Of a DNA stretch of 64,000 nucleotides, positions 1 through 10,192 are shown piece by piece. The notes beneath the pieces were generated by a model. It was not told where the DNA came from, did not search any database, and was given only the letters and a program-made list of their open reading frames with translations. The DNA is from Alphaproteobacteria bacterium (lineage in GTDB: Bacteria > Pseudomonadota > Alphaproteobacteria > UBA7887): positions 2,208,001 through 2,272,000 of the forward strand of contig CBDCGL010000011.1 in assembly GCA_965216755.1 (NCBI GenBank), read 5' to 3'. Position 1 is the stretch's first letter; each line of letters starts with the position of its first letter. The translations under genes were made by a program, and so were the position numbers.

Positions 1-978
1 GTTCCGGTCATTGGCAGATTTGTCGCCCGTCAAGCCGGCCCGGTAGCTGCCCGCACGGCGGGCGCGGTCACGGAAATGGCGGTCCAAATCGGCGATCGCG
101 TCAAAAAGGGCGATACGCTAGCGGCCTTGGATCTGGATCGATTGACTTGGCAGCGAGATTTGGCGCAATCAACGGCACGCGAGTCCGAGGCGCTGTTGGT
201 GGCCGCCAAGGCGCGTTTGGGAAAACAGCGTAGCGAGTTGTCGCGCTTGGAACGCATACGGGAGTCGGCGGCGTTCAGCCAGGCACGGTATGACGACGCT
301 GTGCAGAATGTTTTGGAGGGCGAAGCGAGCGTGGCCGCGGCGGGTGCCGTCGTTGCCCGAGTCAAAGCCAATCTGTTGCTCGCCGAAGATGATTTGCGCC
401 ATGGACAGATCGTCGCCCCGTATGACGGTGTGGTCAGTTTGCGCCACACGGACTTGGGCGCTTACGTCACAATTGGCAGTCCTGTCGTCTCTCTCATCAA
501 TGATACCGACCTCGAGATCGAGGCCGACGTGCCATACAACCGTATCGAGGGATTGGCTGCCGGCACGGTCGTGACCATCGCGCTGACGGACGGCTCTTCG
601 CACAACGGCATCGTCCGTGCGGTCGGCGCCGAGGAAAATCCGATGACCCGCACGCGCTTGGTGCGTTTTACACCCATGATTGAGAGTGCGTCGATCGCGC
701 GCGCGGTCGGCGAAGCCGTTGACGTCTTTTTGCCGCTTGGCAAGCCGCGCGAAGTGGTGACCGTTCACAAAGACGCGATCTTGAAACGGCAAGGTTTGTC
801 CTTGGTCTATGTCGTCGGCGAGGATAACACGGCGCAAGTACGGCCGGTCGACTTGGGCGAAGCGGTCGGGCCGCGTTTCGTTGTGCTCGATGGTCTGGTC
901 GCCGGTGATACGGTCGTCGTGCGCGGCAATGAACGTTTGCGTCCGGGTCAAGCCGTCCAGGCTGGCGGAGAAGGCTGA
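1..978 (+). CDS. RND efflux periplasmic adaptor (membrane fusion protein), 5' end truncated by window edge
   Basis: Frame is open from base 1. Lipoyl-like motifs (VQIGDRVKKGD; IVAPYDGVV), a coiled-coil hairpin and a C-terminal GLVAGDTVVVRG; stop overlaps the start of the RND permease. Confidence 0.9.
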   Translation, partial: VPVIGRFVARQAGPVAARTAGAVTEMAVQIGDRVKKGDTLAALDLDRLTWQRDLAQSTARESEALLVAAKARLGKQRSELSRLERIRESAAFSQARYDDAVQNVLEGEASVAAAGAVVARVKANLLLAEDDLRHGQIVAPYDGVVSLRHTDLGAYVTIGSPVVSLINDTDLEIEADVPYNRIEGLAAGTVVTIALTDGSSHNGIVRAVGAEENPMTRTRLVRFTPMIESASIARAVGEAVDVFLPLGKPREVVTVHKDAILKRQGLSLVYVVGEDNTAQVRPVDLGEAVGPRFVVLDGLVAGDTVVVRGNERLRPGQAVQAGGEG

Positions 979-3900
979 TGAATCTGATTCAATATTCGAT
1001 CAAGCGGCCGACGGCCGTGGTGGCCGCCGTCTTCATGGTCGTTGTGTTTGGGTATTTGTCGCTCCAACGCATACCGATCCAGCTGACGCCCGACGTGCGA
1101 AAACCTGTGCTCAGCGTGACAACGTTCTGGGGCGGTGGCGCGCCCGAAGAGATCGAGCGCGAAATCGTCAATCTTCAGGAGGAAGAGCTGCGCGGCGTCG
1201 AAGGCCTGGCGCAAATGGAAAGCAGTTCGCGCGACGGCCAAGCCGAAATCACGCTCGAGTTCGAGATCGGCACGGATATGAATCGGTCGTTGTTGCTAGT
1301 GTCGAACCGCTTGAATCAGATTTCGGACTACCCGGAAGAGGCCGACGAGCCAAGCCTGGATACCGCCGGCTTGGACGACAACCCCATTGCATGGTTCATC
1401 TTATCGCGGGCTGAAGGCAATACCCGGCCAATCGCAAGCTACGGTGATTTTGCCGAGGACGTGATCCAAGACCGGCTCGAACGGGTCCCGGGTGTGTCGC
1501 GCACCAACGTTTACGGCGGCAGTGAAAGTGAGATGCGGGTGACCGTGGTTCCGCAGAAAATGGCCCGCTATGGGTTGACAGTTCCCGCCGTCGTCAACGC
1601 CATGCGGGCGGCCAACGCATCGGTGTCGGCCGGTGACGTGGAAGAAGGTAAGCGCCGCTATGTGGTGCGCGCCGAAGGCGAATTCGAAACCATCGATCAA
1701 GTGCGCAACGTGGTTTTGACCAGCGAGGAGGACCAGCTGTCCGGACGCATTGGTCGTGTGACGGTCGGTGATATCGCCGACGTCCGCTTTGCCACCAAAG
1801 AACCGCGCGCGGCCATCCGTTTTTTGGGTTACGACGCATTGGCGGTCAACGCCATCCGCGCGACTGGGGCGAATGTCATCGAGACCATGGAGGGAATCGA
1901 CGAGGCGATTGCGGAATTAAACCAGACCGCTTTACCGGAAGCCGGTCTGGAACTACGCCAGGTCTATGACGAAACGATCTATATCAAATCGGCGATCTCT
2001 CTGGTCCAACAGAACATATGGATCGGCGGCACATTGGCTGCGTTTATCTTGATCCTGTTTTTGCGCTCGATACGCGCGACCATCGTGATCACCCTGGCAA
2101 TTCCGATTTCCGTGATCGCGTCGTTTGTCGCCATGGCCGCCATGGGCCGGTCGATCAATGTGATTTCGCTGGCCGGCATTGCTTTCGCGGTCGGCATGGT
2201 GGTCGATGCCGCCATTGTTGTGTTGGAAAACATCTATCGTCTCCGTGAGAAAGGCCGGTCGCGGCCGGAAGCCGCCTATGAAGGGGCACGACAGGTCTGG
2301 CCAGCGGTGATGGTCTCGGCACTGACCACCGTGCTGGTTTTCATTCCAATCTTGATCATGGAGTTGGAGGCGGGCCAGTTGTTCCGCGACATCGCGGTCG
2401 CGATCTCGGTCTCCGTCCTGATGTCGCTGTTGGTATCGGTCACTGTGATACCGGCGCTGTCGCGTGCCTTGTTAGCAAAAGGCGACGTCACCCAATCACG
2501 TCTCAGTTTGCCGGGATTGGATCATATCGCGCGTGGTTTTGCGGCCACCTTTCTCGGTTACGCCCGTTTGGTGGTACGCAGTCGGTTCGTTTCGGGCGTC
2601 GTTGTTATGGTTTTGATTGTTGGCACATTATCGGTTAGCTATTTATTTTTGCCGAAGATGGAATATTTGCCAGAAGGCAATCGCAATCTGATCTTTGGCA
2701 TCATGCTGCCGCCGCCTGGCTACAATCTCGATACGATGACTGAAATCGCGAGCCGGATAGAGGAGCAGGTCCGGCCGTTGTGGGCAAGCGAGTCGGGTCC
2801 TGAGCCCGAACCGGGTCAACCGCCGAAAATCAAAAACTACTTCTTCGTTGCGCTGGCCAATCGAACCTTCTTCGGCGCCAGCGCGATCCAAGCGGACCGA
2901 GTTGCCGAATTGATTCCGGTGCTATCCAAACCGCTCTACGGTGAACCTGGCACTTTCGGTTTCTTTAGCCAGCCAAGTTTATTCAGTCGCGATATTGGCG
3001 GTGGCCGCGCGATCAGCCTGGATATCTCCGGACCAAACTTGGAAGACGTGATTATCACCGCCCAGAATGCCGCCGGTCTCGTGGAACAAACCTATCCACG
3101 CAGCGAAGGCCACCAAATGCAACCCAAACCCGGGTTGGAGATGGGATCGCCAGAGGTTCGCGTGGTGCCCGACCGGGTACGTTTGGCCGACAACGGCGTT
3201 TCGGCGCTGACCTTGGGACAAAGCGTCGATGCTTTCAATTCCGGTTTGCGTGTCGCCGAAATCACGATTGACGGCAAACGCATCGACCTGACTTTGCAAG
3301 GACCCGAAGACAAGATCGACCGAACGCAAGGGATTAACAACCTGCCGGTGGTGACCGCGAGTGGCCAGATTTTGCCAGTGTCGTCGCTGGCCCAAGTCGA
3401 AGTGACCAATGGCCCCACCGAGGTCCGCCATCTGGAGCGCGAACGTACGGTCACGTTGGAGGTCCGCCCCAACGCACAAGTGCCGCTGGAACTGGCGATT
3501 GAAACAATTCAGACCCAGGTAATTGACAAGCTTGCCGAAGGCGGATTGCCGCCGGGCGTGAAGCTGCGCATGTCGGGGACCGCCGACGAGTTGACCAAGA
3601 CATTCGATGCCATGCTTATAAATTTGATCGTGGCCATCATGATTGTCTATTTGTTGATGGCGGTATTGTTCGAAAGCTTCCTCTATCCGTTTATCATTAT
3701 GCTGTCAGTACCATTGGCAACCGCCGGTGGGGTGCTGGGTTTCGGCCTGCTACAGATATATCAACCGCAAGGCTTGGATATGCTGACCTTGCTGGGGTTC
3801 ATTATCTTGGTCGGCATCGTCGTCAACAACGCGATCCTGCTCGTCCATCAAACGCTCTATCACATTCGCGAAGAAGGCATGCAGGTGGCCGACAGCATTG

Positions 3901-4160
3901 TTGAAGCCACGCGCAACCGCTTGCGGCCGATCTTCATGTCGACGTTGACCAGCGTGTTTGGCATGCTGCCTTTGGTGCTCGTGCCGGGCGCCGGCTCAGA
4001 GCTCTATCGCGGCTTGGGTTCGGTCGTGGTCGGTGGGTTGGCGCTGTCGGCGCTTCTGACGTTGATAATTATACCACCCTTGCTCAGCTTGCTCGTCAGC
4101 CGTGATCTCGCCGAAGAGGAACATGTTGGCCCGGTTGAAGTCAAAGTCGCGGCCGAATGA
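978..4160 (+). CDS. AcrB/AcrD/AcrF-family RND transporter permease
   Basis: 1060 aa with 12-TM RND architecture; motifs GMVVDAAIVVLEN, GIVVNNAILLV and RLRPIFMSTLT. Confidence 0.95.
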   Translation: MNLIQYSIKRPTAVVAAVFMVVVFGYLSLQRIPIQLTPDVRKPVLSVTTFWGGGAPEEIEREIVNLQEEELRGVEGLAQMESSSRDGQAEITLEFEIGTDMNRSLLLVSNRLNQISDYPEEADEPSLDTAGLDDNPIAWFILSRAEGNTRPIASYGDFAEDVIQDRLERVPGVSRTNVYGGSESEMRVTVVPQKMARYGLTVPAVVNAMRAANASVSAGDVEEGKRRYVVRAEGEFETIDQVRNVVLTSEEDQLSGRIGRVTVGDIADVRFATKEPRAAIRFLGYDALAVNAIRATGANVIETMEGIDEAIAELNQTALPEAGLELRQVYDETIYIKSAISLVQQNIWIGGTLAAFILILFLRSIRATIVITLAIPISVIASFVAMAAMGRSINVISLAGIAFAVGMVVDAAIVVLENIYRLREKGRSRPEAAYEGARQVWPAVMVSALTTVLVFIPILIMELEAGQLFRDIAVAISVSVLMSLLVSVTVIPALSRALLAKGDVTQSRLSLPGLDHIARGFAATFLGYARLVVRSRFVSGVVVMVLIVGTLSVSYLFLPKMEYLPEGNRNLIFGIMLPPPGYNLDTMTEIASRIEEQVRPLWASESGPEPEPGQPPKIKNYFFVALANRTFFGASAIQADRVAELIPVLSKPLYGEPGTFGFFSQPSLFSRDIGGGRAISLDISGPNLEDVIITAQNAAGLVEQTYPRSEGHQMQPKPGLEMGSPEVRVVPDRVRLADNGVSALTLGQSVDAFNSGLRVAEITIDGKRIDLTLQGPEDKIDRTQGINNLPVVTASGQILPVSSLAQVEVTNGPTEVRHLERERTVTLEVRPNAQVPLELAIETIQTQVIDKLAEGGLPPGVKLRMSGTADELTKTFDAMLINLIVAIMIVYLLMAVLFESFLYPFIIMLSVPLATAGGVLGFGLLQIYQPQGLDMLTLLGFIILVGIVVNNAILLVHQTLYHIREEGMQVADSIVEATRNRLRPIFMSTLTSVFGMLPLVLVPGAGSELYRGLGSVVVGGLALSALLTLIIIPPLLSLLVSRDLAEEEHVGPVEVKVAAE

Positions 4161-4167
4161 CCGGCTC

Positions 4168-4205
4168 CGGCCCACAGGTCGCCAGGCCTGGTGACGCGTG
4201 GGCCG
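4168..4205. terminator. GC-rich stem-loop between convergent genes (putative bidirectional terminator)
   Basis: CGGCCCAC...GTGGGCCG outer stem with inner GTCGCCAG/CTGGTGAC; no U-tract. Confidence 0.45.
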
Positions 4206-4224
4206 AAGCTAAGACCGCCGTGTC

Positions 4225-4539
4225 CTAACGAATCGGTGAGAACGGCGCGGGGATCAGCACTTTTGATGCCTGGTCAACCATGAGTGGGCGAATATGCGGG
4301 ATGAACTCCTGCCAGCGTGGATCCTGGAATAGTTTCGCCCGCCGTTCGGCGCGATCATTTAGGCTGTCATAGCCCCACATATGTACAATCTGATTCAGTG
4401 GTCCAAACTCGGTATAGAAATAGCCGACCATATTGCCGAGAATTTCCTTTTGCGTGTCGATGGCCATCTCTTCATAGAGCTTGAACCATTCCTGTGGCCC
4501 GCCAGGTTTGAGGGTGTAAGTGCGCTGTTCGACGATCAT
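4225..4539 (-). CDS. NIPSNAP family protein
   Basis: MIVEQRTYTLKPG...GPLNQIVHMWGYDSL..R...R...C-terminal PAPFSP is typical of NIPSNAP. Confidence 0.9.
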   Translation of the reverse strand: MIVEQRTYTLKPGGPQEWFKLYEEMAIDTQKEILGNMVGYFYTEFGPLNQIVHMWGYDSLNDRAERRAKLFQDPRWQEFIPHIRPLMVDQASKVLIPAPFSPIR

Positions 4540-4678
4540 GATGCGGTTCCTTTGTTGCGAACGATAGAATCGTAGCCACGAAATCAGCCGGCCCAGACCT
4601 TGTCAACGGCGTGGCGACACGCTACGACATCGCTTCGCACTCGCGCCGATAGGGCCCACTCAGATAGGACGTCACGCC

Positions 4679-5671
4679 ATGCCCGAAAGTTATCGCGCCT
4701 TAGTCGCCAGCAAAGAAGACGACACCGTCAGTACTGCCGTTACAGAACGGCAATTGGCAGATTTACCCGACGGAGACATCACGATTCGCGTGTCGCATTC
4801 AAGCGTCAACTTCAAGGACGGGCTCGCGACATTGGCCAAGGGTGGCGTGGTTCGCCAATACCCACTCGTGCTTGGTATTGACCTTGCTGGCACGGTCGCC
4901 GAATCGCGTAACGGGCGCTTTCGTGAAGGCGATGCCGTGCTGGTGACCGGCTTTGACCTTGGCGTTGCCCACGATGGCGGGTATGCCCAATATGCGCGCG
5001 TGCCGGCCGATTGGGTGGTCAAACGCCCCGACTCGTTGTCGGCACGGGATGCCATGGCGTTCGGAACCGCCGGCTTCACCGCCGCGCTTGCCATCCGCCG
5101 CATGGAGGAGAATGGCCTGGTCCCGAACAACGGGCCGGTGCTGGTGACCGGCGCGACCGGTGGCGTCGGCAGTTTGGCAGTGAGCATGCTATCGACATTG
5201 GGGTACGAGGTCAGTGGCTCGACCGGTAAGGAAACGGAGCATGATTACCTGCGGTCGCTGGGCGCCACGCGCATTCTCAGCCGCAACGAGGTGTCTGCGG
5301 AAGGACGCCCTCTGGCCAAGAGCATTTGGCAGGGCGCGGTCGATCAAGTCGGCGGCAAGACACTGTCATGGATTCTCAGCACCATGGCCTATCGCGGCAT
5401 CGTCGCGGTCACCGGCCTAACCGGCGGCGCCCCATTCAACAGCACGGTGTTGCCATTTATTCTACGTGGCGTGTCGTTGCTTGGTATAGACTCGGTGCAC
5501 TGCCCGATGTCCGAACGAACGGCGCTATGGGAACGCATGGCGGGGCCGCTGCGGCCGCCGCAATTGAACGACATGATCGCGCAGGAAACCGATCTTGATG
5601 GTCTCGGGGATACACTCGCGACCATCCTCAAAGGCGGCGTTCGGGGCCGGACGATCGTCTCTCTCGACTAG
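4679..5671 (+). CDS. acuI: YhdH/AcuI-family MDR oxidoreductase (acryloyl-CoA reductase-like)
   Basis: SSVNFKDGLA, GIDLAG, GTAGFTAA, VTGATGGVGS and PFILRGVSLLGIDSV are characteristic of YhdH/AcuI. Confidence 0.85.
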   Translation: MPESYRALVASKEDDTVSTAVTERQLADLPDGDITIRVSHSSVNFKDGLATLAKGGVVRQYPLVLGIDLAGTVAESRNGRFREGDAVLVTGFDLGVAHDGGYAQYARVPADWVVKRPDSLSARDAMAFGTAGFTAALAIRRMEENGLVPNNGPVLVTGATGGVGSLAVSMLSTLGYEVSGSTGKETEHDYLRSLGATRILSRNEVSAEGRPLAKSIWQGAVDQVGGKTLSWILSTMAYRGIVAVTGLTGGAPFNSTVLPFILRGVSLLGIDSVHCPMSERTALWERMAGPLRPPQLNDMIAQETDLDGLGDTLATILKGGVRGRTIVSLD

Positions 5672-5714
5672 GACTCTCTTTTTGGTGTCTCACTTTGGTA
5701 AAGGGGGGAGCGCT

Positions 5715-6887
5715 ATGACAGGATCCATCGCCACCGTCACATTGCCACGCGTAATGCTCATCGGCAGCGGTGCTGCCGACCAAGTCGCCACCGCGCTGTC
5801 GCAAATCGGCGCGAAGCGCCCGTTGATTGTCACCGACGCATTCGTACGCGATAGCGGCATGCTGGCGCGCATTACGGACGCATTGGACGCGGCACAGCTG
5901 TCCTGGGACGTCTTTGCCGACACGGTTCCAGACCCGACGACCGAGGCCGTCGCCAAGGGTGTCGCGGTGCTTAAGGGCAGCGATTGCGATTGCATGATCG
6001 CGCTCGGCGGCGGCAGCCCGATCGACACCGCCAAAGCGATGGGCGTATTGGCGACACACGACGGGGCCATGCGCGACTATAAGGTGCCGGCCCAGATCGA
6101 TCATAGCGACTATCCTATTGTGGCAATCCCGACGACTGCCGGTACCGGATCAGAGGTGACACGTTTCACGGTCATCACCGACACCGAGACCGATGAAAAA
6201 ATGTTGTGCATGGGCTTGGCTTATGTGCCCACCGCGGCTTTGGTCGACTACACTTTGACATTGACCATGCCGTGGCGGCTAACCGCCGATACCGGGCTCG
6301 ACACGCTGACCCACGCGATCGAGGCCTATGTCAGTAAGAAGCGCAATCCGTTTTCCGACACCATGGCACGGTCGTGCATGCGTCTTGTTGCGGAAAACAT
6401 TCGCACCGCCTGCAATCAACCCGATGATCACGCGGCACGCGAAGCGATGATGTTGGCCGCGACCCAAGGCGGCATGGCATTTGCCAATGCGTCGGTTTGC
6501 CTGGTTCACGGCATGAGCCGGCCGATCGGCGCCCATTTTCACGTGCCGCATGGCCTCAGCAACGCCATGTTGCTACCCGCGATCACGGCGTTCTCAGCGC
6601 GCGATTCAATGTCTCGCTACGCCGATTGCGCTCGCGCCATGGGAGTCGCGGCGTCGGACGACAGCGATGATGGCGCGGTCAACCGTTTGCTCGATGAATT
6701 GCACCGCCTCAACGAAGACTTGAAGGTGCCCTCACCCAAGGTGTTCGGCATCGAACAGCAGCGCTACTTCGATTTGATGCCGGTCATGGCCGAGCAAGCG
6801 CTGGCGTCAGGCTCGCCGGCGAACAACCCGCGCGTGCCAACCGTCGACGAGATCGTCGACATCTACAAGCAGGTGTGGGCGGCCTAA
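5715..6887 (+). CDS. Iron-containing alcohol dehydrogenase (DddB-like/3-hydroxypropionate dehydrogenase-like)
   Basis: GGGSPID, PTTAGTGSE, DTLTHAIE and HGMSRPIGAHFHVPHG motifs. Start moved to ATG 5715, which follows a GGGGAG SD. Confidence 0.9.
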   Translation: MTGSIATVTLPRVMLIGSGAADQVATALSQIGAKRPLIVTDAFVRDSGMLARITDALDAAQLSWDVFADTVPDPTTEAVAKGVAVLKGSDCDCMIALGGGSPIDTAKAMGVLATHDGAMRDYKVPAQIDHSDYPIVAIPTTAGTGSEVTRFTVITDTETDEKMLCMGLAYVPTAALVDYTLTLTMPWRLTADTGLDTLTHAIEAYVSKKRNPFSDTMARSCMRLVAENIRTACNQPDDHAAREAMMLAATQGGMAFANASVCLVHGMSRPIGAHFHVPHGLSNAMLLPAITAFSARDSMSRYADCARAMGVAASDDSDDGAVNRLLDELHRLNEDLKVPSPKVFGIEQQRYFDLMPVMAEQALASGSPANNPRVPTVDEIVDIYKQVWAA

Positions 6888-6891
6888 ACGT

Positions 6892-8157
6892 TTATTCAGG
6901 CTCGTTGGCTTTTTCGATAGCAGCGTTGAGCAGGACCTGACATCCGGTCGCAATATCGATCTCGGTGGCGCTCTCCAGCTCATTGTGGCTAAGGCCATCC
7001 TTGCAAGGAATGAAGACCATCGCGGTCGGACATATGTCGGCCATGTATTTGGCGTCGTGACCGGCGCCGCTGGTAATCGGCATACTCGTGGCACCGGCCG
7101 CTTCGGCGCCGTTGCGCACCGCGGCAATGCAGCTGTCGTCGAATTTGGTCGGCGGCGAATACCAAATCTCTTTGATCGTGCCGTTCACATCGGCGCCAGT
7201 GCAGGCGGTTTCGATTGCCGCGCGCAACGCGTCGGCCATGGTCGCCAGAATGTCGGCTTCCGGATGACGGGCATCGACTGTGAACGTGACCGCGCCAGGT
7301 ATCACATTGCGCGAATTGGGCAACACCTGCATCTGACCGACGGTCGTGCGGCCGTCGGGTCCGTGGCGTAATGCGACATCATTGATCGCCTGCACCGCGC
7401 GGGCCGCACCGAGCAAAGCGTCCCGGCGCCCGGTCATCGGCGTTGGGCCGGCGTGGGCGTCTGTGCCTTCGATTGTGCAGTCAAACCAGCGCAAACCTTG
7501 AATGCCTTGAACAACACCAATCGTCTTGTTCTCGGCTTCCAGGATTGGCCCTTGTTCGATATGCGCCTCGAAATACGCATGCAGGTCGCGGCCTCCGCAA
7601 GGCGCCGATCCGGCGTAGCCGATCCGCGCGAGTTCGTCACCGACGCTGGCACCGTCCAAAGCGGTCGTCGCCAAAGTTTCTGCAAATGGCAACGCACCGA
7701 CGTAAACGCCCGAGCCCATCATCGCCGGCGCAAACCGCGAGCCTTCCTCGTTGGTCCAGGAAACGACCTCGATCGGGCGCAACGTTTCGATATTCAAATC
7801 ATTCAACGTGCGCACCAATTCCAAACCGGCCAGCACACCATACACACCGTCGAACTTGCCGCCGGTTGGCTGGCTATCCAGGTGGCTGCCGATCACCACC
7901 GGCGCCAAGCTCTCGTCACGGCCGGACCGGCGCGCGAACATGTTGCCGATCTTGTCGACAGTCATGGTGCAGCCGGCGGCCTCCGTCCAACGGGTGAACA
8001 GATCGCGGCCCGCCTTGTCCTCGTCGCTCATCGCCAGGCGCCGCACGCCGCCTTTGTCGGTGGCGCCGATTTGCGCCATATCCATCAGCGATTGCCACAA
8101 ACGCGCGCCATTGACGGCAGGCAAATTGGGACGGTCAACTGGCATGGTGATGTCCAT
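6892..8157 (-). CDS. M20-family Zn-dependent hydrolase (N-carbamoyl-L-amino acid amidohydrolase/beta-ureidopropionase-like)
   Basis: GSHLDSQPTGGKFDG, WTNEEGSRF, EAHIEQGP and SGAGHDA motifs. Confidence 0.9.
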   Translation of the reverse strand: MDITMPVDRPNLPAVNGARLWQSLMDMAQIGATDKGGVRRLAMSDEDKAGRDLFTRWTEAAGCTMTVDKIGNMFARRSGRDESLAPVVIGSHLDSQPTGGKFDGVYGVLAGLELVRTLNDLNIETLRPIEVVSWTNEEGSRFAPAMMGSGVYVGALPFAETLATTALDGASVGDELARIGYAGSAPCGGRDLHAYFEAHIEQGPILEAENKTIGVVQGIQGLRWFDCTIEGTDAHAGPTPMTGRRDALLGAARAVQAINDVALRHGPDGRTTVGQMQVLPNSRNVIPGAVTFTVDARHPEADILATMADALRAAIETACTGADVNGTIKEIWYSPPTKFDDSCIAAVRNGAEAAGATSMPITSGAGHDAKYMADICPTAMVFIPCKDGLSHNELESATEIDIATGCQVLLNAAIEKANEPE

Positions 8158-8452
8158 TCACTTAAATGTGTCGGATCGTGATCACGATTCGGTGGCCCGC
8201 GGCGATCTTGCCACGGCCGCGGCAAGCTTGCCAGATGGGACGGCGTGTTGTCCCACGGCCCCAGGAAGGCGCCGTGCCGCGAACAGAATTGATTCAAAAT
8301 TGGCGGACACTGTTCTAAGCCCAGGCGACGCCGGTCGAGACCACCGAAGCACGCTGTGCTGACGCGCATCGACAGCCTTTGCCGGCCGCTGCCAAGCACC
8401 GTATAAATGCCCTTATTGGCGCTGGGACCGGCGACCAACACGGGAGGACATA

Positions 8453-10177
8453 ATGGCTGGAAATGGCAAAAAGCTTCGCAGTACCGGGTGGTTTGGAAGC
8501 CACGACATGCATGGTTTCGTCCATCGATCGTGGATGAAAAATCAAGGCTTCGGACCCGATAACTTCGATGGCCGACCGGTAATCGGGATTGCCAACAGCA
8601 TGTCCGAAGTAACACCCTGCAATGCCCATTTGGGGCGTGTCGCCGAGGCTGTCAAACGTGGCGTCTGGAAAGCCGGCGGCTTTCCGTTGGTGTTCCCGAC
8701 CATGTCGCTGGGCGAGCCGGTGATGCGTCCGACGACCATGCTATTCCGCAATCTAATGGCGATGGATGTCGAAGAGAGCATCCGTGCCAATCCCTTTGAC
8801 GGTGTTGTCCTGCTCTGTGGTTGCGATAAGACCACGCCGGCCCAAGTTATGGGCGCGGCCAGTGTCGATATTCCCACGATCGTCGTCACTGGTGGACCAA
8901 TGCTCAACGGCAAATTCCAGGGCCGCGATATTGGATCCGGTACCGATGTCTGGCGATTTACCGACGATTTACGCGCCGGCCGCATGACCATGGAAGATTA
9001 TCTCGATGCCGAAGCCTGCCTGTCGCGCAGCCCAGGTCATTGCATGACCATGGGCACGGCCTCGACCATGGCAAGCATGTGCGAAGCGCTCGGCCTTCAA
9101 TTGCCGTCGAGCGCGGCAATCCCAGCCGTTGATTCGCGGCGTGGCGCGATTGCGGAAGCAGCTGGCACGCGCATTGTTGAGATGGTCCACGAAGATCTCA
9201 AAATGTCGGACATTTTGAGCCGCGATGCGTTTGAAAACGCGATCAAGGTCAATGCTGCCATCGGTGGCTCCACCAATGCCATCATCCACTTGCTCGCGAT
9301 CGCCGGCCGCATCGGCGTGCAGCTACGGCTCGACGATTTTGACGACCTGATTCGCGAAGTGCCGTTCCTGGTAAACCTGCAGCCGTCAGGTCAGTACTTG
9401 ATGGAAGATTTCTACTATGCGGGTGGCCTGCCGGTGGTGATGAAGGAACTCGGCGACATGCTTCACCAAAATGCAGTGACGGTGACCGGCAAGGGGGTCG
9501 CGGAGAATGTGGCGCGGGCACAGAACTGGAACGAGGATGTCATTCGACCGCGCGCCCGACCGATCAATGTTGGCGCGGGCACCGCGATCCTTCGGGGCAA
9601 TCTGTGCCCTGACGGCGCCGTGATCAAGCAGTCGGCAGCGACGCCGGACCTCATGCAGCACCGCGGCCGTGCCGTCGTGTTCGAAAACATCGAGGATCTT
9701 CATGCGCGGCTTGATTCACCCGAATTGGATATCGACGAAACGTGCGTCATGGTCCTGAAATATGCCGGACCGCGCGGCTATCCGGGCATGCCCGAGCTTG
9801 GCAATCTGCCTCTGCCCAAACGGGTCCTGGAAAAAGGCGTCGACGATATGGTGCGCATTTCTGACGCGCGCATGAGCGGCACGTGCTATGGCACGGTGGT
9901 GCTCCATGTTACGCCGGAAGCAGCGGTCGGTGGGCCGCTTGCGCTTATCCAAGATGGAGACATGATCGAGCTTGATGTCGCCAACCGGCGCCTGCACTTG
10001 GATGTGGCCGACGAGGAATTGAAACGAAGGCGAGACGCGTGGACGCCACCAAAGGCGCCCACCGACCGGGGCTATGCCAAGCTCTATGTCGATCATGTCC
10101 TGCAGGCCGACGAAGGCGTCGATTTCGACTTTTTGCGCGGCGGCAGTGGCAGCGCAATCCCGCGCCAATCGCACTAG
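8453..10177 (+). CDS. IlvD/Edd-family sugar-acid dehydratase (L-arabinonate dehydratase-like)
   Basis: TPCNAHL, GCDKTTP, CMTMGTASTM, IGGSTN and ISDARMSGT; the C-terminal P-R-x-S-H is typical of AraD/AraC-type dehydratases; GGAGG SD. Confidence 0.9.
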   Translation: MAGNGKKLRSTGWFGSHDMHGFVHRSWMKNQGFGPDNFDGRPVIGIANSMSEVTPCNAHLGRVAEAVKRGVWKAGGFPLVFPTMSLGEPVMRPTTMLFRNLMAMDVEESIRANPFDGVVLLCGCDKTTPAQVMGAASVDIPTIVVTGGPMLNGKFQGRDIGSGTDVWRFTDDLRAGRMTMEDYLDAEACLSRSPGHCMTMGTASTMASMCEALGLQLPSSAAIPAVDSRRGAIAEAAGTRIVEMVHEDLKMSDILSRDAFENAIKVNAAIGGSTNAIIHLLAIAGRIGVQLRLDDFDDLIREVPFLVNLQPSGQYLMEDFYYAGGLPVVMKELGDMLHQNAVTVTGKGVAENVARAQNWNEDVIRPRARPINVGAGTAILRGNLCPDGAVIKQSAATPDLMQHRGRAVVFENIEDLHARLDSPELDIDETCVMVLKYAGPRGYPGMPELGNLPLPKRVLEKGVDDMVRISDARMSGTCYGTVVLHVTPEAAVGGPLALIQDGDMIELDVANRRLHLDVADEELKRRRDAWTPPKAPTDRGYAKLYVDHVLQADEGVDFDFLRGGSGSAIPRQSH

Positions 10178-10192
10178 CCCACGTGTCTGATC

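Noticed and set aside
978-4160. RND pump with a single TM4 Asp (VDAA) and Asn in place of the AcrB Lys as a defective transporter
   Set aside because: This pattern is common in non-AcrB RND subfamilies, so it is not evidence of inactivation or novelty.
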